Source of the DNA: Candidatus Latescibacterota bacterium
Lineage (GTDB): Bacteria > Latescibacterota > UBA2968 > UBA8231
Length of the DNA stretch: 64,000 bases
Reading direction: 5' to 3'
Assembly (NCBI GenBank): GCA_965204725.1
Contig: OZ242005.1
Coordinates: 224,001-288,000, forward strand
Part shown: one piece after another, positions 37,824-46,900 of the stretch
How the letters are laid out: each line of letters starts with the position of its first letter
Position numbering within the stretch: position 1 is the stretch's first letter
Program-made: the position numbers and the translations under genes
Notes under the pieces: generated by a model
The model's database searches: none
What the model saw: the letters and a program-made list of their open reading frames with translations, nothing else
What the model was told of the DNA's origin: nothing

Positions 37824-39550
37824 TGTCCATCCGAATTCTTCTGATATGCTTTCTCGGTCTGGCCTGCAACGCCGCCGAAGAGACCACACCGCCGGCACCG
37901 CTCCAGTACGCCGCACCCGCGGGCTCGTCGCTCCGCTTTGTCGAAGTCGCGTCGACCGTCGGCCTGATCTATCGGCACGAAAACGGCCACAGCCCCGAGC
38001 GCTACTTCCCCGAGACCATGGGCGGCGGCGGGGCCTTCTTCGACTACGACGGCGATGGCGATTTGGATGTGTACGCGGTGAACGGTGCTTTTATCGCCGC
38101 CGACCCGCAGGATGAAGCCCCTGTCAACAAGCTCTTTCGCAACGACAGCCAGCATTTCGTCGCGGTCGCGGCCGGGGTTGCCCACCGCGGCGTTGGCATG
38201 GGGGTTGCCGCGGCCGACTACGACAGCGACGGCGATCTCGACCTCTATGTGACCAACTTTGGCCCCAACGCACTTTTTCGCAACGACAGCGGGCACTTTG
38301 CCGAAATCGGCCGACCGACCGGCGTGGCCGATGCGCGCTGGGGCACGAGTTGCGCCGCGGCCGATTACGACCGCGACGGCGATCTCGACCTCTATGTCGC
38401 CAACTACGTGGCCTACGATCCGGGCGCGGCGCACGCCGACCAAGTGCCCTATATGGCCGGCTACGAAAGCTATGGCGGCCAAGTGCCGGTCGGCTACCCA
38501 CATCCAGACAACTTCCGCGGGCAAGCCGATCTGCTCTACCGCAACGACGGCGCGGGGCACTTTGTCGATGTCTCGGTCGGCGCGGGGATCGCCGATGCGA
38601 GCGGCAAGGGGCTGGGCGTAGCTTTTGGCGACTACGACCGCGACGGTTGGCCCGACATCTACGTGGCCAACGATGCGGTGCGCAACTTCCTCTACCACAA
38701 CCGCCGCGACGGCACCTTTGCCGAACGAGCGGGGCTGACCGGGGTGGCTTACGGCCAAGACGGGCAGATGGAGGCGGGCATGGGGGTCGATTGGGGCGAC
38801 TACAATGGCGACGGCGTGCTCGACTTGACGGTGACCAACTTCCAAGCCGAGCCGAACGCGCTCTATCGGGGCGAAAGCGGCTTTTTCTCGGTTGCGACCT
38901 TTGCGGCCGGGCTGGGCCTTCCATCGCTGCCGTTTCTCGGTTTTGGCACCCAGTTTTTCGACCCCGACCTCGATGGCGATCTCGACTTGTTTGCCGCCAA
39001 CGGTCACGTCCTCGACAACGTCTCGGCCATTGACCAATCCACTAGCTATGGGCAGCGCAATTTGCTCTTCCGCAACGACGGCGACCGCTTTGCCGAGGTT
39101 TCCGCCGCGTCCGGCCCCGGCTTCTCCTTAGAGCGCGTCAGTCGCGGCAGTGCCACCGGCGACTACGACAACGACGGCGACCCGGACCTTCTCGTCTTCA
39201 ACTCCGGGCAGCCGCTCAGCTTGTTGCGCAACGACCAAGGCGCGGCCAATAACTCGATCACCATCCGGCTCGTGGGGACCAACGGCAACCCGAATGGCAT
39301 CGGTGCCCGGCTGACGGCGCAAAGCGGCGACTGGGTCCAGACGAGGGAACTGCGCGGCAGCCGCTCATACCTATCGCAAAGCCAACTCCGCATCTGTTTG
39401 GGACTAGGGAAACGCCCGCAACTCGACGCGCTAACCGTGCGCTGGCCTTCGGGCCGAGTGGAGCGATTCGGCCCCTTTACAGCCAACCAAGCCATCGCCC
39501 TCGTCGAAGGCAAAGGTGAAGACATCAGCGCGGCTTCTGACCCGCCCTAA
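37823..39550 (+). CDS. CRTAC1-family FG-GAP/ASPIC-UnbV lipoprotein
   Basis: Lipobox-like GLAC; DYDxDGDLDLYV repeats; GLG..VRWPSG. Confidence 0.88.
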   Translation: MSIRILLICFLGLACNAAEETTPPAPLQYAAPAGSSLRFVEVASTVGLIYRHENGHSPERYFPETMGGGGAFFDYDGDGDLDVYAVNGAFIAADPQDEAPVNKLFRNDSQHFVAVAAGVAHRGVGMGVAAADYDSDGDLDLYVTNFGPNALFRNDSGHFAEIGRPTGVADARWGTSCAAADYDRDGDLDLYVANYVAYDPGAAHADQVPYMAGYESYGGQVPVGYPHPDNFRGQADLLYRNDGAGHFVDVSVGAGIADASGKGLGVAFGDYDRDGWPDIYVANDAVRNFLYHNRRDGTFAERAGLTGVAYGQDGQMEAGMGVDWGDYNGDGVLDLTVTNFQAEPNALYRGESGFFSVATFAAGLGLPSLPFLGFGTQFFDPDLDGDLDLFAANGHVLDNVSAIDQSTSYGQRNLLFRNDGDRFAEVSAASGPGFSLERVSRGSATGDYDNDGDPDLLVFNSGQPLSLLRNDQGAANNSITIRLVGTNGNPNGIGARLTAQSGDWVQTRELRGSRSYLSQSQLRICLGLGKRPQLDALTVRWPSGRVERFGPFTANQAIALVEGKGEDISAASDPP

Positions 39551-41558
39551 TCTGCTCAACGAGCGCGCGGCCTAACGCCTCTTGGCCCTGCTCGGCAGCG
39601 ATTTCTACCGCATATCGCTCGGCAGCGGCCAAGCGGCCCGCAGTCATTAGCTCGGCGACGAGCAACTCTAGCAAGTCCGTTGTAAGTGTCTTGCGGATGT
39701 TCGCGTCTTGCGCGGCGCGCTCTAGCGCGGCTAAGGCCCTGACATGCTCTCCGAGTAAATGATGGGCATAGCCGCGAATAAAGTCCTGTAACCCTAGGGA
39801 AAAGTCTGGGGCCGCGCTCAAAAAGCGCAAGCGGTCTAGCAGAGCAGAGAGCGCGGCGCGCTCGGTCGGCCCAATGGGCTCGCCCGCGAGTTGTCCGCAA
39901 CGCACATAGCGCAACGTACTCCACAAATCGCCCCATATCGTATAAGGCTCCTCCAAACGGGCCGCGCGATAATAGGCCCGCGCCCGCTCGTACTCCCGCG
40001 CAGCGTAACACGCTTCAGCCACGTTTAGTGCCAGCAACTCCGGCCCCGCGCCCGTTCTCCACCGCTCGACCCCGCTCTGCTCTCCGGCACTCAGCTCGTC
40101 CCACAGAACCTCGGTCTGCTGACGCAAAGTCTGTACTCGACGCTCGTTGCCCGCATCCAAAGGCGGCGCGGCCAAGAGCGCGGTCATGGCCCGGAGCACG
40201 GCCAGCCGCTCAATGGGCAGGTCGCCGAGCCTACGGCCGTACTCGTCGGCGGCCGCCAACCGATCCGCCGCGCCGGGCGCGACCTGCCAAGGGGCCGGTG
40301 CTCCTTTCAGCGCAGCGACAATAGCCCGGGCCAAGAGCACTTGGCCGGCCGCGGCCGGATGCAAGTGATCGGCCATCAGCTCCCAACCCACGCCGGCCGC
40401 CGGGCTATGGGCGCGAAAGCGCTCCTCAACATCGGCGAGGAGCACCCCTTCTTCGGCCGCGACCCGGCGCACGACCTCGTTCAGTGCGGCTGTCGCCCGC
40501 CAAGGCCGGGGATCCAACTCGCGCGCCTGCACATAAGCCGCCCGCGCCCGCGCCCCATGGCCCAACTGCTCTAAGTGATAACCGCGCAAGAAGTGCAAAT
40601 AAGCATCGTCCGCATAAAGTGCCTCGGCCTGCGCCAAGGCCGTTAGCGCGGCCGACGAGGTGTACTCCCGACCGCCCTGCGCCAAAAAATCCACATAGCG
40701 CACACGTTCCCCATTCGGCAAAGGCGGCTCAAGGCGCGCCGGCGCGAAACCGCGTTCATTGCTGGTCACCGTACAGAGCACCAAAGGAATGTGCCGCGCT
40801 CGGCAAAAGGCCGCCACATCGCGGAGGTTGGTCTCTAAATTGGCCGCGGCCTGCGCTCGCCGCGGATCAGACGCCGAGATCGCGCCGGCCTTAGACATTA
40901 CCTCAATTAAGGGACCATCCGCCCATTCTTTGCCCAACGGCCCTATCAGCGCACCAACCAAGGGCCGCAGCCGCCACTGCACCAGCGCGTAGTGGAGCCG
41001 CTTGGTCCACACGGCTTGCCCGCCTTGGGCCAATGAGGCCGCTCCGTACACCCCGTACAGCTCGTTGTGCCCAGTATAGACCACGACCAAGTCCGCCCCG
41101 AGCGCGGCTACGCCGTCTTCCACGGCGCGGGCCACGGCAAAGCTCGAAGCAGCGGTAATCCCGGCGTTAAAGACCTCGATCGGGCGCGCTGGAAAGAGGT
41201 CGCCGAGCATTTCTTGGAGATAAGACGGGGCCGATAACCGCTTGGGGTGCGGATAGCCCTGCACAGTCGAACCCCCGGCAAACAGTACGCGCAACGCGCC
41301 GGCGGGCGCGGGTTCGATATAGGGCCGCGGGGTCATGCGGATGCCGCGCCGGATCGGCTCGGCCACGCCGGCGAAAAAGCGCCGGGCATAGTCTGGGTTG
41401 ACCGCGTGGAGCGCCCGACCTTCGACGTGCGCTAATTGGACGGCAAACGCCGGCGGATCCAACGCCGGGATCAGCCGCAACCCCCCTTCGATGAGCGCGA
41501 CCAAAACCAAACCGAGCAGCAGGGCTGCAAACCGGCCGCGCATGGCCCCTGCGTTCAT
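39525..41558 (-). CDS. SGNH/GDSL hydrolase-like protein with TPRs
   Basis: GGSTVQG (block I), NAG, YTGHNE and DHLHP (block V); N-terminal TM; TPR-like helices. Confidence 0.8.
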   Translation of the reverse strand: MNAGAMRGRFAALLLGLVLVALIEGGLRLIPALDPPAFAVQLAHVEGRALHAVNPDYARRFFAGVAEPIRRGIRMTPRPYIEPAPAGALRVLFAGGSTVQGYPHPKRLSAPSYLQEMLGDLFPARPIEVFNAGITAASSFAVARAVEDGVAALGADLVVVYTGHNELYGVYGAASLAQGGQAVWTKRLHYALVQWRLRPLVGALIGPLGKEWADGPLIEVMSKAGAISASDPRRAQAAANLETNLRDVAAFCRARHIPLVLCTVTSNERGFAPARLEPPLPNGERVRYVDFLAQGGREYTSSAALTALAQAEALYADDAYLHFLRGYHLEQLGHGARARAAYVQARELDPRPWRATAALNEVVRRVAAEEGVLLADVEERFRAHSPAAGVGWELMADHLHPAAAGQVLLARAIVAALKGAPAPWQVAPGAADRLAAADEYGRRLGDLPIERLAVLRAMTALLAAPPLDAGNERRVQTLRQQTEVLWDELSAGEQSGVERWRTGAGPELLALNVAEACYAAREYERARAYYRAARLEEPYTIWGDLWSTLRYVRCGQLAGEPIGPTERAALSALLDRLRFLSAAPDFSLGLQDFIRGYAHHLLGEHVRALAALERAAQDANIRKTLTTDLLELLVAELMTAGRLAAAERYAVEIAAEQGQEALGRALVEQIRAGQKPR

Positions 41559-41572
41559 TGGAATTTGCTGAC

Positions 41573-43240
41573 TTAACGCGCGGCTGAGTAGCGGGAGAGT
41601 GCTTCTTCGTTGATTTGCACCTGATCGGCCTCCGCTCGGCGCAGCGAGTCGAGGAAGGCGTCGAAGAGCACCCCTTCTCGGCGCTTGCGGATCTTAACGC
41701 GAATGGGCCGCTGCACCTGCTTAAAGGGCAACGGCACCATTTCAAAAGGCTGGTCGAGGCGAAAGACGCTGTACTTTTCTTGGACCGCTAGCGGGCCTTG
41801 CAGCACACCGACGTCTTTGGAATTGCGGTCGCCAAAGAAGGTGCGGTACGGCGACTGGTACAGCGACTCAACGGTGACCCGACCGCTATCGGCAAAGGTG
41901 TGGCCGCCCACCGGCTTCATGCCCGGCCGCACCGAATGGCGAAGGGCCAACTCCGTCAGCCGCTCCCCGCTGCGCGCCCGCGCGAGAATTTCTTCGGCCT
42001 CCGGGCGCGTATTGACCAGCACCTCGGTCATCTCAATGATACCGGGCAAGGACTCGTAGGCATCGAGGTGTTCGTCGTAATAGGCCCGAACCTCGGCGTC
42101 TGTCACTTCGACCTTGCCCGCTACTTCGTCTAGGCGCAGTTGGGACGCGAGCAGCCGCTGGAGTTTTTTCTCTTTCCACTCGACTATATCGGCCCGCTGA
42201 TGCAGCCCCTGAGTGCGGGCTTCGAGGGCCAGCAGCGAATCGGGAAGAACCCACAACTCGAGCACGTGGAAGACGGCTGCGCTGTCGGGCGGGAGCACGC
42301 CTTTTTCCAAATCGAACTGCCCCTGCACGAAGTCGCCTACCTTGATCGCACCGCCTGTGTATTCGACGAGCGGGGCCTGTGCTTGCGCTTGGTCCAGCCC
42401 ACGGCGCTGTAGCCCAGCGAGCACGGCGTGGACGCGATCGCGGTGATAGCGCAGGTCGTGTACCTTCTTGAGCGAATCAAGGACCGCTTCGCGCCGGCTC
42501 ACCCACTTGCGCCGACTGAGCCGCTTGGCAATATCGTCGCGCAATTCCTCAAAGGGAATGCGCTGCTTTTTGAGCACCTTAACCACTTCGTAGCCGTCAA
42601 TCGTGCGGATCGGCTCGCTGACTTGGCCTTCCTCCAAGTGGAAGGTGCCAGCGCGCAGGCTGGACACGGCACCACCTTGGCCGAAGAAGGCCCCGAGGTT
42701 GCCGCCTTTGTCTGCGTCGGCGGCGAGGGAACGCTCGCTGGCCAATTCGGAGAAACTAGCCCCTGCATCAAGTAAGCGGATGATCTCGCGGGCGTCTTCC
42801 TCGCTGGCCGAGAGGATGTGCGCCGGCCAGATTTCCCAACCCAGCGATTGCTCCTCGTATGCCGCACGCAGTTCCGCTTCGGTAATAGCGATCTGGGCAT
42901 CGACCATTTCGCGAGACCGCTCCTCAACTAGGCGCGTATTGACCATCTTGGAGAGCTTGTCTTTCAGGTTGGGGTGCTGGTCCAGTGCCCGCTTCCTCGC
43001 CTCGCGCAGCACGAGCTTCTTGTCGATCAAGCTCTGCAAATGGGCGCGATGGGCAGCCGCGCCTTCCTTCTTCGAGCGCAGATAGTCGGGCAATTCCCGC
43101 TCAAAGCGGTCGAGGTCTAGGGCCGTGATCGCCTCCCCGGCCACCGTGGCCAAGGCCGTCTCGGGAGGGGCCGGTCCACGTTCCGGCTCGCAACCTGCAA
43201 CCGCTAAGAAGAGGCCGCAGACGAAAAATCGCTGAAACAT
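41573..43240 (-). CDS. Parvulin-type PPIase lipoprotein (SurA/PrsA-like)
   Basis: Start set at MFQRFF; lipobox VAGC; AHIL..FSELASERS..KGGNLG; paralog of 7889..9586. Confidence 0.85.
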   Translation of the reverse strand: MFQRFFVCGLFLAVAGCEPERGPAPPETALATVAGEAITALDLDRFERELPDYLRSKKEGAAAHRAHLQSLIDKKLVLREARKRALDQHPNLKDKLSKMVNTRLVEERSREMVDAQIAITEAELRAAYEEQSLGWEIWPAHILSASEEDAREIIRLLDAGASFSELASERSLAADADKGGNLGAFFGQGGAVSSLRAGTFHLEEGQVSEPIRTIDGYEVVKVLKKQRIPFEELRDDIAKRLSRRKWVSRREAVLDSLKKVHDLRYHRDRVHAVLAGLQRRGLDQAQAQAPLVEYTGGAIKVGDFVQGQFDLEKGVLPPDSAAVFHVLELWVLPDSLLALEARTQGLHQRADIVEWKEKKLQRLLASQLRLDEVAGKVEVTDAEVRAYYDEHLDAYESLPGIIEMTEVLVNTRPEAEEILARARSGERLTELALRHSVRPGMKPVGGHTFADSGRVTVESLYQSPYRTFFGDRNSKDVGVLQGPLAVQEKYSVFRLDQPFEMVPLPFKQVQRPIRVKIRKRREGVLFDAFLDSLRRAEADQVQINEEALSRYSAAR

Positions 43241-43332
43241 AATGGTATCACCTGTGTACAAAACTGCGCGGCACCGCTTTCCCAGCGGCACCGCGCAGCG
43301 AGTTGAAATTGGCTTAGAAACCCTGTGCCGCG

Positions 43333-44091
43333 CTATTGGCCGATCGCCACCTTGCTCCCGTCGGGGTAGATGCGGCCAATCTCTCGCCCAAAGTGCATTT
43401 CGACGTCCACGTCCTCAAGCGGGTCTCCCTTGAAGTCGAAGCGCACCACCACATCGGGAATGTGGACGGTCAACTTTTCTACGTCTGGGGCCAGCGGCTT
43501 AAAGACGAGATACCCTTCGCTCTCTTGGGCACTGAACACGTCCTCATCGGGAAACATCGTGCCCCGCAAGATGCCGTCGCGCTCCTGCCAGACGTAGCGA
43601 GCATTACCGGGCGTCCCAGGGTCGTTGCCCCCTCTGCCCCCGCCGACATAACGGCGATAATATACCGAAAGCTGTTCGTGCCTCAGTGCGTAGTACTTGC
43701 GCCCATTAGAGGTGGTTATATAGACCTTTTTGGGGTCGAGATAGACCTTGGGGTATTCGTAATTAGAAAGGTACAGGCGAAAGACGGTGAATCGCTGCGG
43801 GGTGTCCCCCGTGCGAAAGTGCGTCGAGTTGCCAAAAGTATAGGGGTTGCGCGAGTCGGCTCCCTCGTTGGAATAGGTGCTGAACTGGCGGTTCAACTCC
43901 TCGTCGGTCATCGGCCGCAGGCTGACTTCGAGCCGGGCCTGTCTATAAGACACAGTGCCGTCGTCGGCCACCGTCTTGTTAGCCCCTTGCTCGGCCTCGC
44001 TCAGCGGCGTGAGGTCTTCGGCATAGTAGCGATAGGAGCAGCCCGAAAAAAGCAGCCCGGCCAAAAGCAGCAGTGTGCAACACTTCAGCAT
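43333..44091 (-). CDS. Uncharacterised lipoprotein (252 aa), paralog of 26142..26885
   Basis: Lipobox FSGC; PMTDEELNRQF, NPYTFGN, QRFTVFRL and NYEYPKV motifs. Confidence 0.85.
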   Translation of the reverse strand: MLKCCTLLLLAGLLFSGCSYRYYAEDLTPLSEAEQGANKTVADDGTVSYRQARLEVSLRPMTDEELNRQFSTYSNEGADSRNPYTFGNSTHFRTGDTPQRFTVFRLYLSNYEYPKVYLDPKKVYITTSNGRKYYALRHEQLSVYYRRYVGGGRGGNDPGTPGNARYVWQERDGILRGTMFPDEDVFSAQESEGYLVFKPLAPDVEKLTVHIPDVVVRFDFKGDPLEDVDVEMHFGREIGRIYPDGSKVAIGQ

Positions 44092-44101
44092 GGAAAACCT
44101 C

Positions 44102-46852
44102 CTACTCTAAGCCGGCGAACACGGTGACGAACATGGCTGTTTCGGTGCGCGGCCTTTCGGCTGAGGCGCGATCGATCCGCGACACGCGGAACCCGGTTTG
44201 GGTCCACAGATTATAGCCTAGGTATTCGGCATTGTTGGTAAACTGCAGGGCATAGACCATCTCGTTGCGGTCCGAGCGCAGCAAATGGGTTTCCAACTCC
44301 TCGCGGAACTGCTCGACGAGCAGGTACTCTAGGCCGGTCTGCAATTCGGTGCGCGCCAAGATGGGTACGCGCAGGACCAAAGACCAGAGCTCGCGCAATT
44401 CCGTAGTCGCCACCCGCACCTGAGTATCTTCGCGGCGCGACGGCCGCTGGCGCTGAAACTCGCTCTTCCAGCGCGGCTGAAACTTGAGGACGCCGAGGTC
44501 AAACGTGTAATCGACCTTATTGAGGATCCCAAAGAAAGACGCGGTCTCGCGGATGTCCTGCTCCTCAAGCGGTCGGTTGGCGAAATTGGCCTGTTTGAAG
44601 ACCTCCCACTTAACGCGGTTCTTGAAGTGGATGCGGTCGCTCTGGTATTGATAGCCCAAGTACAGGGTATTGGCCCAACCATCGCGGAGGGGCAGGGGAT
44701 CGGTATAGGGCACTAAGTCGCCGCGTGACCCCTCGCGCACAACCCATTCAATCACGTCGTCGCGAATATCGTCTTGGACTCTGCGATAGTTGTTGTACAC
44801 CTGTACGCGCCCTTTGCTGGCGTAGTCCTTGTCAAAGGTCAGCAAGGCGTAATTGGTGACGTTCTCGCGGGCGTCGGCGAGCTGGCGCTCGTCGACGCGG
44901 CCGACGGTCAGCCGCGCCTCCGGCCCCAAATGAGACCCCACGTAGATGTTGTATCCACGCCGATCGCGTTTGTACAGGTAGTCGGGTAGAATGTCGTTTT
45001 CAAAGCGATCGACGATGCCGTTGTTGTTCATATCGACTCCGAAGAGAAATTCGGGGCGATCCGATGCGTAGCGGAGAAAAGGCTCCTCGTAGTCTGGCAC
45101 CGTATTCCAGCGATCCTCGGAGTCATTCTGATTGAAGTCGTTGATGAAATCGTTGTTTTCGTCGAACCCCGGGAATATCTCCCTATCCTGCGAGAAATTG
45201 GCCCGCTGCCAGTCGGGGTTGCGGTCTTGGTCGTCGTTGTCATCGACGAATTCGTACACAAAACGGAGGTCGTCGTCGTAGTTGATATCCGCTGCATCGT
45301 TTTGGGTGCCGGCTAGAAAGGAGCTGGTGCTGTAGCTGGGATCGACGTTATAGACTTCACCAAAGCCATAGTAGGGATACATACGCTTATACACGTTGAC
45401 AAACCAAGCGTCGGCCGAGGTGCTGTACGCCTTGTGCTGGGTCACGTCGGTTTCCGACCGCCGCGGATAGCGAAAGTGCTGGCGGTTGCGGTCGTATTCG
45501 CCCGAGAAGTAAAATCCGCTGACGTCCGTGACATCGAGCGTAAAGCCAAAGATTTCATTGGCCACCGGCAACCCGTACTTGACGCGCACAAAGCTCTGAT
45601 TCGAGCCATCCTGCACGTTGCCGTCGGCGCGCACCGTGCGTTCGGGAATGCCCTCAGAGAGCAAGACTGACTGACCGTTGGCGTTGAGCTGGCGGTTGGA
45701 GGTAACGTCAATCCGGTAGTCGTTGGCCAAGAGCAACAGGAACTCAATGCTCTTGATCTGCTCGGGCTGGGGGCCGAAAGAGTTGCGGTACTGCGGGCCT
45801 TCTAGATCGTACAACAGCACGATGACCTCGTTGCCATCGGCCGCGAGGAAGCCTTCGCGACGGAAGCCACCCTGCACGGCTGGGGCGAAGTCGAGGATAT
45901 TGCTGTTGCCGATGCGGCGGCGGTTGCTGATGCGCTCGCCGTCGATGGTCGTGATGATCATCTCCTCCTGAAAGAAGGCCGCGCCCGCCCTACCGTCTTC
46001 GGGCGAATCGTCGCTCAAGCGCACTTCGATACGCGAAACGTCGGCGTTGTTCTGACCCTCGGTGAGTGTGCCCTTGAAGGGGTTGCCCTGAAATGCCTGC
46101 CCCTTAGTCGAGGAGTTGAAAGCATTGATATAAGTCGCGCCTAACTTGACAAAGTCGCCGACCTGCATGGTGCCGCGACCGCCGATCAAGTTGGTGTCGT
46201 TCGAGCGGTAACGACCCGTGCTAGTCGTCTGCGCCGTTTCGACTTGCCCGGGCGCACTAGGACGCGAGGTGAGAAAAGTCGCCTCGTATTTATCCGTGGC
46301 CAAGTCGAACTGAATACCGGCAAAGGTCGGCTTGGAAAAGGTCATTGGCGTCAGCGTCGTGCGGATGCGGTCGCCAATGGTCAGGGCATAGGCGTATTGG
46401 CCCTTTTGGTCCGAGGCGACGACCAAATTTGCAAACCAGCCTTGGAAGTTAGGGCCTTTATACAGGTTGCTGCCCGATGTCTGCGGCGCTGCAACGCTCC
46501 AGTCGTAAAGAAGTGAACCGCGGGTAATGTAATTCCCGTAGAGATCGTAGAAGTATTCGCCTTCTTGGTTGGTGTTCACAAAGCGCTGATAATGTCGGCG
46601 GGCGTAATTGGTATAGTCCTGTTGCCGCCATTGGTACTCATTGAAAAGTTCTTGGGGTACATACCACTTCTTCACCGCTGGATCGAGTGCGTCAAAAAGC
46701 ACCCCCGGCCCGACGGGATCGTAGAAAACCTCCCCGCCGCGGCGTATGCCCAAACGCGAGCCGAAATCCTCCTGTGCCGGGAGGTTTTCCACCATCGCTC
46801 CCAACATCAGGACCGCCACCGAACCGGTGCGGAAACTCTTAACTATGTTCAC
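44102..46852 (-). CDS. Uncharacterised secreted, putative outer-membrane beta-rich protein (916 aa)
   Basis: Signal peptide; aromatic-rich amphipathic strands in the C-terminal third; acidic DxNDD/DxNNN loops; RBS GGGAGG. Confidence 0.8.
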   Translation of the reverse strand: MNIVKSFRTGSVAVLMLGAMVENLPAQEDFGSRLGIRRGGEVFYDPVGPGVLFDALDPAVKKWYVPQELFNEYQWRQQDYTNYARRHYQRFVNTNQEGEYFYDLYGNYITRGSLLYDWSVAAPQTSGSNLYKGPNFQGWFANLVVASDQKGQYAYALTIGDRIRTTLTPMTFSKPTFAGIQFDLATDKYEATFLTSRPSAPGQVETAQTTSTGRYRSNDTNLIGGRGTMQVGDFVKLGATYINAFNSSTKGQAFQGNPFKGTLTEGQNNADVSRIEVRLSDDSPEDGRAGAAFFQEEMIITTIDGERISNRRRIGNSNILDFAPAVQGGFRREGFLAADGNEVIVLLYDLEGPQYRNSFGPQPEQIKSIEFLLLLANDYRIDVTSNRQLNANGQSVLLSEGIPERTVRADGNVQDGSNQSFVRVKYGLPVANEIFGFTLDVTDVSGFYFSGEYDRNRQHFRYPRRSETDVTQHKAYSTSADAWFVNVYKRMYPYYGFGEVYNVDPSYSTSSFLAGTQNDAADINYDDDLRFVYEFVDDNDDQDRNPDWQRANFSQDREIFPGFDENNDFINDFNQNDSEDRWNTVPDYEEPFLRYASDRPEFLFGVDMNNNGIVDRFENDILPDYLYKRDRRGYNIYVGSHLGPEARLTVGRVDERQLADARENVTNYALLTFDKDYASKGRVQVYNNYRRVQDDIRDDVIEWVVREGSRGDLVPYTDPLPLRDGWANTLYLGYQYQSDRIHFKNRVKWEVFKQANFANRPLEEQDIRETASFFGILNKVDYTFDLGVLKFQPRWKSEFQRQRPSRREDTQVRVATTELRELWSLVLRVPILARTELQTGLEYLLVEQFREELETHLLRSDRNEMVYALQFTNNAEYLGYNLWTQTGFRVSRIDRASAERPRTETAMFVTVFAGLE

Positions 46853-46900
46853 AAAGAACCTCCCTTGTTGTCGAAATTCCGGTCCGAACGCCTGCCTGTA

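Noticed and set aside
37346-39037. 563-aa minus-strand ORF, and similarly 33017..33931
   Set aside because: Antisense to CRTAC1 genes; the periodic VEVEIAVAVVV pattern is the reverse-strand reading of DYDxDGDLDL repeats.
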